Shown: one piece after another, positions 14,726 through 24,992 of the stretch
Layout of the letters: the number at the start of each line of letters is the position of its first letter
Position numbering within the stretch: the stretch's first letter is position 1
DNA from: Pyrobaculum calidifontis JCM 11548
GTDB taxonomy: Archaea; Thermoproteota; Thermoprotei; Thermoproteales; Thermoproteaceae
Direction of reading: 5' to 3'
NCBI RefSeq assembly: GCF_000015805.1
Contig: NC_009073.1
Location: 1,920,001-1,952,000, forward strand
Length of the DNA stretch: 32,000 bases
Program-made: the position numbers and the translations under genes
The notes under the pieces: generated by a model
Seen by the model: only the letters and a program-made list of their open reading frames with translations
The model's database searches: none
What the model was told of the DNA's origin: nothing

Positions 14726-16499
14726 AATAGAGTATATATCGGGGCCCGTTGTTAAGGCTGAGCTACCCGGCGCGAGACTGTACGAGCTGGTCTTTGTGGG
14801 AGAGCTAAAGCTCTTTGGAGAAGTGGTTAGAATCCAGGGAGACAAGGCGTTTATACAAGTATATGAGGACACCACCGGGCTTAAGCCGGGCGAGCCTGTG
14901 GAGAGAACTGGCGAGCCTCTAAGCGCCTGGCTGGGGCCTACTATCCTCGGAAGAATTTATGACGGTGTCCAGAGGCCGCTTAAGGACATAGAGAGCATCT
15001 CTAAGAGCCCGTTTATAGCCCGGGGCATCGGCTACGACAAGGCGCCGCCGCTCGATTTAAATGCTGTGTTTGACTTCAAGCCAGCAGTTAAGCCAGGCGA
15101 CTTTGTGCAACCCGGCGATGTGTTAGGCTCGGTTAAGGAAACCGAGCTTATAACCCACTACATAACCTATCCCCCTCTGCCAGAGAACGCGCCTGGCGAA
15201 GTGGAGTGGGTCGCCGATGGAAAATACAAGGTAGACGACGTAATTGCCAGGATTAAGACAAAGCGGGGCGTAGTGGAGGTCAAAATGTGGCATAAATGGC
15301 CCGTGAGAAGGCCTAGGCCATTCCGTGAGAAGCTCCCGCCAGTGGAGCCGCTTATCACAGGCGTGAGAGTTATTGACACAATGTTCCCAATTGCCAAGGG
15401 AGGGACGGCGGCGGTGCCGGGGCCATTTGGCTCTGGGAAGACTGTTATGATAAGGACTCTCTCCATGTTTGCCCAGAGCAGGATAATTATTCCAGTCTTA
15501 TGCGGCGAGAGAGGAAACGAGGCGGCTGATGCCCTCCAGGGTCTATTGAAGCTGAAGGACCCATCAACTGGCAGGCCTCTGCTAGAGAGGACCACCATAA
15601 TTGTAAATACGTCAAACATGCCAGTGGCCGCGAGAGAGGCGTCTGTGTACATGGGCACTACCTTGGGCGAGTACTTCAGAGACCAGGGATACGACGTGTT
15701 GGTGTTGGCTGACTCAACTTCGCGCTGGGCTGAGGCAATGCGTGAAGTGGCGTTGAGAATTGGCGAAATGCCATCGGAGGAGGGGTACCCGGCGTATCTG
15801 CCCACCCGCCTTGCCGAATTTTATGAGAGAGCTGGACGCGTGGTCCTAATTGGCAGCGGGGAGAGAGTGGGCTCGTTGACCATAGCGGCCTCCGTCAGTC
15901 CCCCGGGCGGAGACTTCACAGAGCCCGTCACGTCTAACACACTGCGCTTCATAGGAGCCTTCTGGCCTCTGTCGCCGAGGCTTGCATACTCCCGCCACTA
16001 CCCCGCCATTGACTGGCTCATGGCTTTTTCGCGGTATGTCGACACGGTGGAGGTTTGGTGGAGTAAGAACGTTTCGCCCGAGTGGAGGCGTATAAGAGAC
16101 GTATTGCAGTCGATCTTAGTTAAGGAGGCTGAGCTACAGGAAATTGTAAGAATTCTGGGCACAGAGGCGCTCAGCGAGTACGAGAAGCACATTCTCAACG
16201 TGGCATTTATGATAAGAGAGGGCTTCTTGAAGCAGGATGCATACAACCCGGTGGACACGCCCACCTCGCCCATTAAGCAGTTCCTCTTGATGAAGGCGAT
16301 ATACGTCTACTACGAGGAGGGGCTCAAGGCCATTGAGGCAGGGGTGCCCGCGTCTATTTTAAGAGAGCTAGACACTGTGAAGCGTCTGCCAAGGCTTAGA
16401 ATGGAGCTCACCAACGATGTGGCAAAGGAGGAGCTTACCAAGTTTATAGAGGCGTTAACAAGCGAAATTAGGTCTACAACGGCTGGCAGAAGGCCATAA
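14715..16499 (+). CDS. atpA: A-type ATP synthase catalytic subunit A
   Basis: Walker A GPFGSGKT; [10 protein letters not shown]-terminus; non-homologous-region insert. 594 aa with no intein. Confidence 0.95.
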
Positions 16500-16509
16500 T
16501 TTTTTAAAG
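16500..16509 (+). promoter_or_regulatory. rpoH TATA box
   Basis: TTTTTTAAAG, about 24 nt upstream of GTG 16528. Confidence 0.55.
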
Positions 16510-16527
16510 GGCTAGTTAAGTCGTCAC

Positions 16528-16755
16528 GTGTCTAAACAGACGCTTGGAGTAAGAGATGTGATACTAATTCCAAAAGAGGAGGCCAAGGCCTTAATGAGGC
16601 AACTGAGGCTAAGGCCTTGGCAACTTCCGTGGATTAGGGCAAGTGACCCACTTGCAAAATCTGTGGGAGCAAAGCCGGGGGATGTATTGAAGATCGTTCG
16701 CGATTCGCCTACCGCAGGCGAGGCGGTGGTTTACAGACTCGTGGTGCCTGGGTAA
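16528..16755 (+). CDS. rpoH: DNA-directed RNA polymerase subunit H (Rpo5)
   Basis: [42 protein letters not shown] is the conserved RpoH core. Confidence 0.85.
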   Translation: MSKQTLGVRDVILIPKEEAKALMRQLRLRPWQLPWIRASDPLAKSVGAKPGDVLKIVRDSPTAGEAVVYRLVVPG

Positions 16756-16767
16756 CTTTTTAAAATA
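16756..16767 (+). promoter_or_regulatory. rpoB TATA box
   Basis: CTTTTTAAAATA, 24 nt upstream of ATG 16786. Confidence 0.55.
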
Positions 16768-16785
16768 CTTACTACGGGGGTCACA

Positions 16786-19700
16786 ATGGTCGACTTGCTC
16801 CCCCTCCCGATACTCTCTAAGGATGGCGATGGTGAGTTTCCTTCCCGGGACGACAGGTGGGCGCTTGTTGAGAGATTTATTAAAGATAAGGGGCTTGCGA
16901 ATCACCAGATAAAATCGTTTAACGATTTTCTAGACAAAAGGCTACCGCGCATTGTTGAAGAGTTTAAGGTTGTCGAAACTGAGATCAAGGGGCTTAAGCT
17001 GGTATTGGAAAAGATCGAGGTGGGGTGGCCTAGGATAAAGGAGAGCGACGGCTCTGAGTCTTTGATATACCCCATGGAGGCTCGACTTAGAAATGCCACC
17101 TACGCCGCGCCTCTTTATCTCACCGCGACGCTGTATGTCGATGACGAGCCTTATGTCACCGAGACTTTTTACATAGGTGAGTTGCCTATTATGGTTAAGT
17201 CTAAGAGGTGTAACTTGACGAGGCTAAAGCCCAGCGAATATGCGAAAAAGTTCGAAGACCCGCAGGATTTTGGAGGGTACTTCATCATCAACGGCAGTGA
17301 GCGCGTTATAATCTCACAGGAGGACTTAGTAACAGACAGGCCAATATACGACGTAGGCGATAAGCCTTCTGTAAAATTCCTAGCAAAGACGATCTCCACG
17401 GGGATTGGGTATAGGAGTACATTGACCGTGGAACTGAATAAAGACGGCGTTATATACGTCACGCTTTCCGCAATGCCTGTAAAAATCCCGTTCCCAATAT
17501 ACATGAAGGCCTTAGGCCTAGAGACGGATGAAGATGTGGTGAAAGCTGTCTCAGACGACCCCGATATTCAGAAAGAGCTTCTCCCCTCGCTTATCGCGGC
17601 GAATCAGGTGGCTATAACTAGGGAAGACGCGCTCGACTACATAGGCGGCAAAGTTGCAGTGGGCCAGCCGCGGCCTGTGAGAATTGAGCGTGCGCTTCAG
17701 TTGTTGGATAGGTACTTCCTCCCGCACCTTGGCACAACTACCCCAGACGAGAAGAAGCAACAGGAAATTAGGCTAAAGAAGGCGCTTATGCTAGGCCAAA
17801 TAGTCAAAGGGCTTGTCGAGCTTCAACTTGGCCGTAGAAAGCCCGACGATAAGGACCACGTGGGGAACAAGAGGGTTAGACTTGTCGGTGACTTAATGAC
17901 GCAACTATTTAGAACCGTATTTAAGCAGTTTCTGCAAGAGCTAAGGAGTCAGCTTGAGAAATACTACGCTAGGGGGAGGATACCTCACATCCAGACCATA
18001 GTTAGGCCAGACATTATCACTGAGAGAGTGAGGCAGGCGCTCGCCACGGGCAACTGGGTTGGAGGCAAGACCGGCGTCTCGCAGATACTAGACAGAACAA
18101 ACTACTTGTCCACGTTGAGCTATCTAAGGCGAGTAGTCTCGTCGCTTTCAAGGACGCAGCCACATTTTGAGGCCCGCGACTTACACCCCACCCAGTGGGG
18201 CAGGCTGTGCGCCGTCGAGACGCCGGAGGGTCAAAACGTCGGCCTAGTAAAGAACTTGGCCCTTCTCGCCGAGATTACCACAGGGGTAGACGAGAGAGAG
18301 GTTGAACAACTACTGTACAACTTGGGGACTGTGCCTGTGCTCAAGGCCCGCGAAGACGGCATACGCGGCGCAGAGGTGTATCTCAATGGGCGGCTCATAG
18401 GGATTCACCCCAACGCCGAAGAGCTTGTCGCCACTGTGAGAAGCCTTAGGAGGCAGGGGAAGATAAGCGATGAAATCAACATAGCCCACATAAACGGCTC
18501 TGTACTGGTCAACTGCGACGGCGGCCGCATTAGGCGGCCTCTCCTGGTGGTTGAAAACGGTAGGCTGAAGCTTACAAAAGACATAGTGGAGCGCGTGAGA
18601 AAGGGAGACTTGACTTGGGACGACTTAGTGAAAATGGGCGTGGTGGAGTACCTAGACGCAGACGAGGAGGAGAATGCACACATAGCTGTAGACCCCAGAG
18701 GGGATCTGTCCGGCTACACGCATGTGGAAATAATTCCATCGGCCATACTTGGCGCAATAGCCTCCATAATCCCCTACCTAGAACACAACCAGTCTCCGCG
18801 CAACCAGTACGAGGCGGCAATGGCAAAGCAGTCCCTTGGACTTCCGCAGTCCAACTTCCTCTACAAGCTGGATTCGAGAGGCCACATGTTGTACTACCCC
18901 GAGAGGCCCATTGTGACAACTAGGGGACTTGAGCTGGTGGGCTACTCCAAGAGGCCGGCTGGCCAAAACGCCGTAGTCGCCTTGTTGACATACACTGGGT
19001 ACAACATAGAAGACGCCGTAATCTTAAACAAGGCCTCTGTAGAACGCGGCATGTTCCGCTCAGTCTTCTACCGCACTTATGAAACAGAGGAGCAGAAGTA
19101 CCCCGGCGGCGAGGAGGACAGGATAGAGGTCCCCGACAGCTCTGTCAAAGGCTACAGAGGGCCCGAGGCCTACAGCCACTTAGACGAAGACGGCATCGCG
19201 CCGCCCGAGGTCTATGTGAGCAGCAACGAGGTGCTTATTGGGAAGACGTCTCCGCCGAGGTTTTACACAACGCTTGAGACCGAGCGCATTCTCAAGGAGA
19301 GGAGAGACGCGTCTGTGGCCGTGCGGAGGGGAGAGAAGGGCATTGTGGACAGGGTCATCATCACTGAGTCTCCTGAGGGCAACAAGCTGGTGAAAGTTAG
19401 ACTTAGAGAGCTTAGAATCCCCGAGCTTGGGGACAAGTTTGCCTCGCGCCACGGCCAAAAGGGCGTCGTCGGCATGTTGCTTAGGCAGGAGGATATGCCG
19501 TTTACAGAAGACGGCATAGTGCCCGACATAATTGTCAACCCACACGCGCTCCCCTCGCGTATGACCGTGGGCCAGCTCCTGGAGAGCATAGCCGGCAAAG
19601 TGGGCGCCGCCACGGGGCAATTGGTAGATGCGACGCCGTTCGAGGGCGTGGGGGAGGAGGACTTGAGGAAGTTGTTGTTAAAGCTGGGCTTCCGCTGGGA

Positions 19701-20169
19701 TGGGAAAGAGGTCATGTACAGCGGGATCACTGGGGAGAAGCTCGTCGCCGACATATTCATAGGCATAGTGTACTACCAGAAGTTGCACCACATGGTGGCC
19801 GACAAGATTCACGCAAGGGCGAGGGGGCCTGTGCAGATATTGACAAGGCAGCCCACCGAGGGGCGTTCGCGCGAGGGAGGCCTTAGGCTTGGCGAAATGG
19901 AGAGAGACGTCCTCATAGCGCACGGCGCCTCTGCGCTTTTGTACGAAAGACTCGTCGAGTCGAGCGATAAGTACGTCATGTACGTGTGCGAGTTGTGCGG
20001 ATTGCCCGCGTACTTAGACGCTAAGACAAATAAGCCGAGGTGCCCCATACACGGAGACACTGGCCAATTTGCCAAGGTGGTAGTCCCATATGCGTTCAAG
20101 CTACTGCTTCAAGAGCTAATGGCACTTGGAATTTACCCCAAGCTTGAGCTTTCCGAGGTCTTAGACTAG
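16786..20169 (+). CDS. rpoB: DNA-directed RNA polymerase subunit B (Rpo2), unsplit
   Basis: 1127 aa. Motif GDKFASRHGQKG and a C-terminal zinc ribbon CELCG...CPIHG. Confidence 0.97.
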   Translation: MVDLLPLPILSKDGDGEFPSRDDRWALVERFIKDKGLANHQIKSFNDFLDKRLPRIVEEFKVVETEIKGLKLVLEKIEVGWPRIKESDGSESLIYPMEARLRNATYAAPLYLTATLYVDDEPYVTETFYIGELPIMVKSKRCNLTRLKPSEYAKKFEDPQDFGGYFIINGSERVIISQEDLVTDRPIYDVGDKPSVKFLAKTISTGIGYRSTLTVELNKDGVIYVTLSAMPVKIPFPIYMKALGLETDEDVVKAVSDDPDIQKELLPSLIAANQVAITREDALDYIGGKVAVGQPRPVRIERALQLLDRYFLPHLGTTTPDEKKQQEIRLKKALMLGQIVKGLVELQLGRRKPDDKDHVGNKRVRLVGDLMTQLFRTVFKQFLQELRSQLEKYYARGRIPHIQTIVRPDIITERVRQALATGNWVGGKTGVSQILDRTNYLSTLSYLRRVVSSLSRTQPHFEARDLHPTQWGRLCAVETPEGQNVGLVKNLALLAEITTGVDEREVEQLLYNLGTVPVLKAREDGIRGAEVYLNGRLIGIHPNAEELVATVRSLRRQGKISDEINIAHINGSVLVNCDGGRIRRPLLVVENGRLKLTKDIVERVRKGDLTWDDLVKMGVVEYLDADEEENAHIAVDPRGDLSGYTHVEIIPSAILGAIASIIPYLEHNQSPRNQYEAAMAKQSLGLPQSNFLYKLDSRGHMLYYPERPIVTTRGLELVGYSKRPAGQNAVVALLTYTGYNIEDAVILNKASVERGMFRSVFYRTYETEEQKYPGGEEDRIEVPDSSVKGYRGPEAYSHLDEDGIAPPEVYVSSNEVLIGKTSPPRFYTTLETERILKERRDASVAVRRGEKGIVDRVIITESPEGNKLVKVRLRELRIPELGDKFASRHGQKGVVGMLLRQEDMPFTEDGIVPDIIVNPHALPSRMTVGQLLESIAGKVGAATGQLVDATPFEGVGEEDLRKLLLKLGFRWDGKEVMYSGITGEKLVADIFIGIVYYQKLHHMVADKIHARARGPVQILTRQPTEGRSREGGLRLGEMERDVLIAHGASALLYERLVESSDKYVMYVCELCGLPAYLDAKTNKPRCPIHGDTGQFAKVVVPYAFKLLLQELMALGIYPKLELSEVLD

Positions 20170-20368
20170 TAGCCTTTTCGGGGTAAGGAAGCAGAAGAAG
20201 TCTGGATAGGCAGAAGTGGTAAACACAGCGATCATGTCTGTCATCGTGCCGACAAGAGGCTGAGTCTTTAGGGCGTTACTCGCGTTCGCAGTCCATGACC
20301 TCGCGTGGCTCCCACGAGCCGCGTGGGCGAGGCGGAAGCCCTTAGCCGCGCTAGGCTAGGGGCGCGGC
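20170..20368 (+). ncRNA. candidate structured RNA of unknown class in the rpoB-rpoA1 spacer
   Basis: Four GC-rich helices can be drawn on the + strand: 20170-20181/20249-20262; 20205-20214/20237-20245; hairpin 20299-20332; hairpin 20345-20368. G.U pairs favour the + strand. No class assignment was possible. Confidence 0.3.
20175..20178 (+). terminator. T4 run directly after the rpoB stop, possible terminator
   Basis: TAGTAGCCTTTTCGG. A short oligo-T lies 6 nt after the stop codon. Confidence 0.2.
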
Positions 20369-20406
20369 GTAGATTAAACTTTATATATTGTTTTGTATCT
20401 ACCGCC
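20366..20406. repeat. inverted repeat bracketing the rpoA1 TATA box
   Basis: GGCGTAGAT (20366-20374) and ATCTACCGCC (20397-20406) are complementary over 9 bp, with one extra C. Confidence 0.6.
20379..20389 (+). promoter_or_regulatory. rpoA1 TATA box
   Basis: CTTTATATATT, 23 nt upstream of GTG 20407, preceded by AAA (BRE-like). Confidence 0.6.
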
Positions 20407-23061
20407 GTGTCCTTAAGGGAGGCCCTAGATAGCGTACCTCGCAAAATCATCAAGTCCATTAGGTTCGGGATCTTAAGCCCCGACATGATTAGGAAATATT
20501 CAGTGATGGAGGTCACCACGTCGGAGGTGTATGACGAGGGCGGGCTTCCCGTGAGGGGCGGCATTGCAGATAGGAGGCTTGGCGTGTCTGAGCCAGGCGC
20601 TAGGTGCGAGACCTGTGGTCAAACACATGACGTCTGCCCAGGCCACTTTGGGCACATAGAGCTGGTAAAGCCTGTGATACATGTGGGCTATGCGAGGATT
20701 ATCTACGACGTGTTGAGGGCTACGTGCCCCAACTGTGGCAGAATAATGCTCAAAGACGAGGAGATAAAGAGGTACAAGGAGAGACTTGATAGACTTAAGG
20801 GCAGGTGGAGGTTGTTGGCTCAAAACCTACAGGAGAAGATAAAGAAGAAGGCGGCGGAGCGGGCCACATGTCCACACTGTGGGTATAAGAGGAACAAGGT
20901 GAGGTTTGAAAGGCCTTACTACTTCTACGAAGAGACGGAGAACGGCGCCTTGGTTAAGCTGGACCCGGAGACGCTCAGAGAGCGGCTCGCCAAGGTGCCA
21001 AATGATGACTTAGAACTTTTAGGCATAAACCCAGTAGTGGCTAGGCCAGAGTGGGCTATACTCAAGGTACTGCCTGTGCCTCCGCCGCACGTGAGGCCGT
21101 CAATCCAGCTTGAAACAGGCATAAGATCTGAAGACGACTTGACGCACAAGCTTGTGGATATCATTAGGATGAATGAGAAGTTGAAAATAGCCCTTGAGAC
21201 AGGCGCCCCCACGAACGTCGTGGACAACTTGTGGGACCTCCTCCAGTACCACGTGGCCACTTACTTTGACAACGAGCTCCCCGGCATACCCGTCGCCAAA
21301 CACAGAGGGGGGAGGCCGCTGAAGGGGATTGCCCAAAGGCTAAAGGGGAAGGAGGGGAGGTTCAGAGGGTCTCTCTCAAGCAAACGCGTTAACTTCTCCG
21401 CGAGGACTGTCATAAGCCCCGACCCCCACATCAGCATAAACGAAGTCGGCGTGCCCATAGACATAGCCAAGGTCTTGACTGTGCCAGAGAGAGTCACCAC
21501 GTGGAATATAGATGCACTGCGTGAGTACGTGCTCAGGGGTCCCGAGGCGTGGCCCGGGGCCAACTACGTAATTACGCCAGAGGGGAGAAGGATAGACTTG
21601 AGATATGTGAAAGACCGGAGGGCGCTGGCGGAGAGGCTGGCGCCCGGCTGGATTGTGGAGCGACACCTCGTAGACGGCGACATAGTGCTATTCAACAGGC
21701 AGCCAAGTCTACACAGGGTGTCAATGATGGGGCACTTGGTGAAGGTGTTGCCTGGGAGAACCTTTAGGCTTCACTTGGCCGTGTGTCCGCCCTACAACGC
21801 CGATTTCGACGGAGATGAGATGAATCTCCACGTCCCTCAGACAGAGGAGGCGAGGGCCGAGGCTAGGACTTTGATGTTGGTGGAGAAGCACATAATAACG
21901 CCGCGCTACGGCGGCGCAATTATTGGCGCAAGACAAGACTACATAATTGGCGCCTACCTCTTGTCGCATAAGTCCACGTTTCTCACCAAGAAGGAGGTGG
22001 CGTACCTACTCGGGGCTGGAAAGTCCGCGGAGGATCCGCCGGAGCCGGCCATTTTACACCCAGTAGAGCTGTGGACTGGCAAACAGATAATATCCCACTT
22101 CCTTCCAAAAGACTTAAACTGGGTTCAGCCCACCGCGTTTAAGAGCAAGTGCCAAGACGCATATACCTGCGACGGCGACGAGTGGATCATTGTGATAAAC
22201 GGCAACTTGGTCAAAGGAGTTTTAGACAAGAAGTCCATAGGCGCCGAGCAAGTGGACTCGCTGTGGCACCGCATTGCGCGCGACTACCCGCCAGAGGTGG
22301 CTGGGAGGTGGCTCGACTCATCTCTCAGACTCTTCCTCAGGTGGCTAGATTTACGCGGATTCACCTTCGGCATGGACTCGGTGTACCTACCTAAGGAGGC
22401 ATACGACGAACTGGACAAGCTAATAGAGAGCGGCTTGAAGAAGGCCGATGAGCTAATCCAAGAGTTTAAGAGCGGGAGGCTTGAGGCAATGCCGGGCTTC
22501 ACAGTGGAGGAGACCTTTGAGAACAAGATTACAGAGGTGTTGTCGAGAGTCCGCGAAGACGCAGCAACCGTTGTTGAGAAGTACATCAGGAAAAATAGCG
22601 AGGGCTACCTAATGGCCAAGACGGGGGCACGCGGTAGCATTGTAAACATCGTGCAAATGGTGGCCACCCTTGGCCAGCAGACTATACGCGGCGAGCGTAT
22701 AAGACGTGGATACCGAACGAGGACTCTGCCCCACTTCCCTGTGGGAGACATAGGCGCCTACGTAGGCGGCTTTGTCAAAAGCTGTTTTAGGTGCGGCTTA
22801 TCTCCAGTGGAGTACTTCTTCCACGCAGCGGCGGGGAGAGACGGGCTGATAGACACTGCAGTACGCACCGCGCAGTCGGGCTACATGCAACGTAGACTTA
22901 TAAACGCGCTTCAAGACGTCTACGTGGCCTACGACGGCACAGTGAGATTCAGCGGGTCAACTTTGCTCCAAGTGTTGTACGGGGAAGACGGCGTCGACGT
23001 CAGCAAGTCCGACCACGGAAAAGTTGCTGACGTAAAATCGCTTAGGCTATGGGTGCGGTAA
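20407..23061 (+). CDS. rpoA1: DNA-directed RNA polymerase subunit A' (Rpo1N)
   Basis: Catalytic motif [11 protein letters not shown]-terminus (V)[32 protein letters not shown] 20407 lies 23 nt after CTTTATATATT. The ORF-track start 20305 lies inside the spacer and upstream of the TATA. Confidence 0.9.
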   Translation: MSLREALDSVPRKIIKSIRFGILSPDMIRKYSVMEVTTSEVYDEGGLPVRGGIADRRLGVSEPGARCETCGQTHDVCPGHFGHIELVKPVIHVGYARIIYDVLRATCPNCGRIMLKDEEIKRYKERLDRLKGRWRLLAQNLQEKIKKKAAERATCPHCGYKRNKVRFERPYYFYEETENGALVKLDPETLRERLAKVPNDDLELLGINPVVARPEWAILKVLPVPPPHVRPSIQLETGIRSEDDLTHKLVDIIRMNEKLKIALETGAPTNVVDNLWDLLQYHVATYFDNELPGIPVAKHRGGRPLKGIAQRLKGKEGRFRGSLSSKRVNFSARTVISPDPHISINEVGVPIDIAKVLTVPERVTTWNIDALREYVLRGPEAWPGANYVITPEGRRIDLRYVKDRRALAERLAPGWIVERHLVDGDIVLFNRQPSLHRVSMMGHLVKVLPGRTFRLHLAVCPPYNADFDGDEMNLHVPQTEEARAEARTLMLVEKHIITPRYGGAIIGARQDYIIGAYLLSHKSTFLTKKEVAYLLGAGKSAEDPPEPAILHPVELWTGKQIISHFLPKDLNWVQPTAFKSKCQDAYTCDGDEWIIVINGNLVKGVLDKKSIGAEQVDSLWHRIARDYPPEVAGRWLDSSLRLFLRWLDLRGFTFGMDSVYLPKEAYDELDKLIESGLKKADELIQEFKSGRLEAMPGFTVEETFENKITEVLSRVREDAATVVEKYIRKNSEGYLMAKTGARGSIVNIVQMVATLGQQTIRGERIRRGYRTRTLPHFPVGDIGAYVGGFVKSCFRCGLSPVEYFFHAAAGRDGLIDTAVRTAQSGYMQRRLINALQDVYVAYDGTVRFSGSTLLQVLYGEDGVDVSKSDHGKVADVKSLRLWVR

Positions 23062-24197
23062 TCTCTAAGCAAGAGCTACTAGCAAAGATCAGGAGCATAT
23101 TACCACAGCCAATATATAAAGAGCTGGAAGCGGCGGTTAGCGAATTAGACGAGGAGCGTGCCACTAAGTTGATATACCGCGTCCTAAGGCTTTACCTCGC
23201 GTCTCTGATAGACCCCGGGGAGGCCATAGGAATCGTTACGGCGCAGTCCATAGGCGAGCCAGGCACGCAGATGATTCTGCGCTCTTTCCACTACGCTGGT
23301 CTTAGGGAATTCTCAATGGCGAGGGGTCTGCCCCGCCTAATAGAGGTCGTCGACGCCAGAAGACACCCATCGACGCCTCTGATGTTTGTATACTTAAAGC
23401 CTCCCTACAATAAGACGCGGGAGGCCGCAGAAAAAGTTGCCAAGCAAATACAACAAGTAACTCTTGAGATGTTGACCAAGGAGATTGATGTAGACTATGT
23501 CTCAGGTACTATTAGCCTAGTTCTCGACCAAGAACAGTTAAGGTACAGAGGGCTGTCTTTAAAAGATGTGGAAAAAATTGTGTCAAAGGTCAGGGGGAAG
23601 GATTTGAGCATCTCCATGAAGGGGAATGTAATAGTTGCCTCTCTTGCGGTTCCAGATATTTTAAAGATTAAGAAAGCTAGAGATAAATTGCTACAAGTAA
23701 AGATATCTGGGATAAAGGGTATTAAAAAAGTAGTATTGCAGTACGATTCTAAGAATGACGAGTGGTATATAGTGACTGAGGGCACAAATCTTGAGGCTGT
23801 GCTACAGTTGGAGGAGGTGGACAAAGCGAGGACCTACAGCAACGACTTACACGAGGTTGAGGAGGTCTTGGGCATAGAGGCGGCGAGGACGTTAATAGCA
23901 CACGAGATAAAACGTGTGTTGGACGAACAGGGCCTTGACGTAGATATACGCCACATGTACCTAGTGGCAGATGCCATGACTTGGTCTGGTAGAGTAAGGC
24001 CCATTGGCCGCCACGGCGTCGTTGGAGCTAAGGAGTCTCCACTCGCCCGCGCGGCGTTTGAGGTAACTGTTAAAACGTTGATAGAGGCCGCGGTTAGGGG
24101 GGAGGAGGAGCGCTTCAAAGGCGTAGTGGAGAACATAATTGCTGGAAAGCACGTGCCAATAGGCACGGGGATCGTCAAGCTCTTAATGCGATTTTGA
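23049..24197 (+). CDS. rpoA2: DNA-directed RNA polymerase subunit A'' (Rpo1C)
   Basis: [19 protein letters not shown] trigger-loop region. 13-nt overlap with rpoA1. Confidence 0.93.
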   Translation: MGAVISKQELLAKIRSILPQPIYKELEAAVSELDEERATKLIYRVLRLYLASLIDPGEAIGIVTAQSIGEPGTQMILRSFHYAGLREFSMARGLPRLIEVVDARRHPSTPLMFVYLKPPYNKTREAAEKVAKQIQQVTLEMLTKEIDVDYVSGTISLVLDQEQLRYRGLSLKDVEKIVSKVRGKDLSISMKGNVIVASLAVPDILKIKKARDKLLQVKISGIKGIKKVVLQYDSKNDEWYIVTEGTNLEAVLQLEEVDKARTYSNDLHEVEEVLGIEAARTLIAHEIKRVLDEQGLDVDIRHMYLVADAMTWSGRVRPIGRHGVVGAKESPLARAAFEVTVKTLIEAAVRGEEERFKGVVENIIAGKHVPIGTGIVKLLMRF

Positions 24198-24198
24198 T

Positions 24199-24212
24199 AA
24201 AGCTTAAAAATT
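24199..24212 (+). promoter_or_regulatory. L30e TATA box
   Basis: AAAGCTTAAAAATT, about 24 nt upstream of GTG 24231. Confidence 0.55.
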
Positions 24213-24230
24213 CCTCTTAATCGCGCAGAC

Positions 24231-24536
24231 GTGATTGACATAGGCAGAGAGTTGCAGGTGGCAATAAACACTGGCAAGGTGATTATAGGGCTTAGGGAAA
24301 CTAAGAAGTCTCTCCTAACTGGCGCGCCGAAGTTGGTAATAATAGCGGCAAATGCCCCCAGGTGGGCTAGAGAAGACATAGAATACTATGCGAAGCTGGC
24401 GGGAGTGCCCATTTTCACATTTCCAGGTTCGAGTATAGAACTGGGCGCCGCGGCGAAGAGGCCTCATAAGATAATGGCACTCGCCGTAGTTGACCCAGGT
24501 CAGAGCGAAATTTTGAAGCTTGTGGAGCATGCCTGA
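24231..24536 (+). CDS. rpl30e: 50S ribosomal protein L30e
   Basis: [32 protein letters not shown] is typical of L30e. Conserved position after rpoA2. Confidence 0.85.
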   Translation: MIDIGRELQVAINTGKVIIGLRETKKSLLTGAPKLVIIAANAPRWAREDIEYYAKLAGVPIFTFPGSSIELGAAAKRPHKIMALAVVDPGQSEILKLVEHA

Positions 24537-24963
24537 TATCAGGCTTACTGAAGATGAAATTAGGTACGCCACTCTTTTCGAGAGCATAACGGGGGTCACC
24601 CCCATAGACGTCGTAGTAGACCACGAGTACTCTCGTATCATATTTGTGGTACAGAAAAACCAAGCGGCGCTGGCCGTGGGCAAGGGCGGCGCTAATGTGA
24701 AAATGTTGCGCCAAATAATTGGGAAAGACGTAGAGGTAGTAGAGGCAGGCGACACGCCAGAGGAACTTATTAAAAACAGTCTGTACCCGGCAAGGGTTAT
24801 CGTGGTGAAAATTACAAAGGCGCCGTCGGGGGCCAAGGTGGCTATAACTACGGTTGTGCCAGAGGACAAGGGAATAGCGATAGGGAAGAACGGCCGTAAC
24901 ATAGCTAGGGCAAAGCTTTTGGCCAAGCGTTATTACGACATCGAGAAAATTATCCTGGCATAA
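24529..24963 (+). CDS. nusA: transcription elongation factor NusA-like (two KH domains)
   Basis: [20 protein letters not shown] and [19 protein letters not shown] are KH GxxG motifs. ATG 24529 overlaps L30e by 8 nt. The ORF-track TTG start is 24520. Confidence 0.85.
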   Translation: MPDIRLTEDEIRYATLFESITGVTPIDVVVDHEYSRIIFVVQKNQAALAVGKGGANVKMLRQIIGKDVEVVEAGDTPEELIKNSLYPARVIVVKITKAPSGAKVAITTVVPEDKGIAIGKNGRNIARAKLLAKRYYDIEKIILA

Positions 24964-24974
24964 AGTTTATTAAG
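24962..24974 (+). promoter_or_regulatory. S12 TATA box
   Basis: AAAGTTTATTAAG, 25 nt upstream of GTG 24993. Confidence 0.55.
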
Positions 24975-24992
24975 CAAGCAGTTGCGGTAGGC

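Noticed and set aside
15167-15805. Long antisense ORFs inside well-supported genes: 15167..15805, 19263..19766, 23834..24379, 24315..24926, 26175..26678, 27046..27576, 11521..11871 and many shorter ones.
   Set aside because: Each lies opposite a gene with unmistakable conserved motifs (atpA, rpoB, rpoA2, L30e/nusA, L18e/L13, S9, radical SAM). Their translations are low-complexity and Ser/Pro/Arg-rich, as expected for stop-poor antisense frames in GC-rich DNA. None has a TATA box at the expected distance.
20185-20194. AAGGAAGCAG, identical to the conserved SRP RNA helix-8 3'-side sequence (GGAAGGAAGCAGCC in 4.5S/7S RNA).
   Set aside because: No GNAR tetraloop or matching 5' strand (AGG...CC) precedes it. 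The available 237 nt is too short for an archaeal ~300-nt SRP RNA. No Alu-domain features were seen.
20268-20564. rpoA1 N-terminal extension from 20305 and the antisense ORF 20268..20564.
   Set aside because: The conserved Rpo1N N-terminus ([13 protein letters not shown]) begins just after GTG 20407, which is 23 nt from a strong TATA. The extension would include the TATA box and the GC-rich hairpins. The antisense ORF has a Ser/Pro/Arg-rich composition.
23400-23800. An AT-rich patch inside rpoA2 that looked like a possible insertion.
   Set aside because: The reading frame is continuous. The segment corresponds to the poorly conserved lineage-variable domain of subunit A''. There are no flanking repeats or intein motifs.
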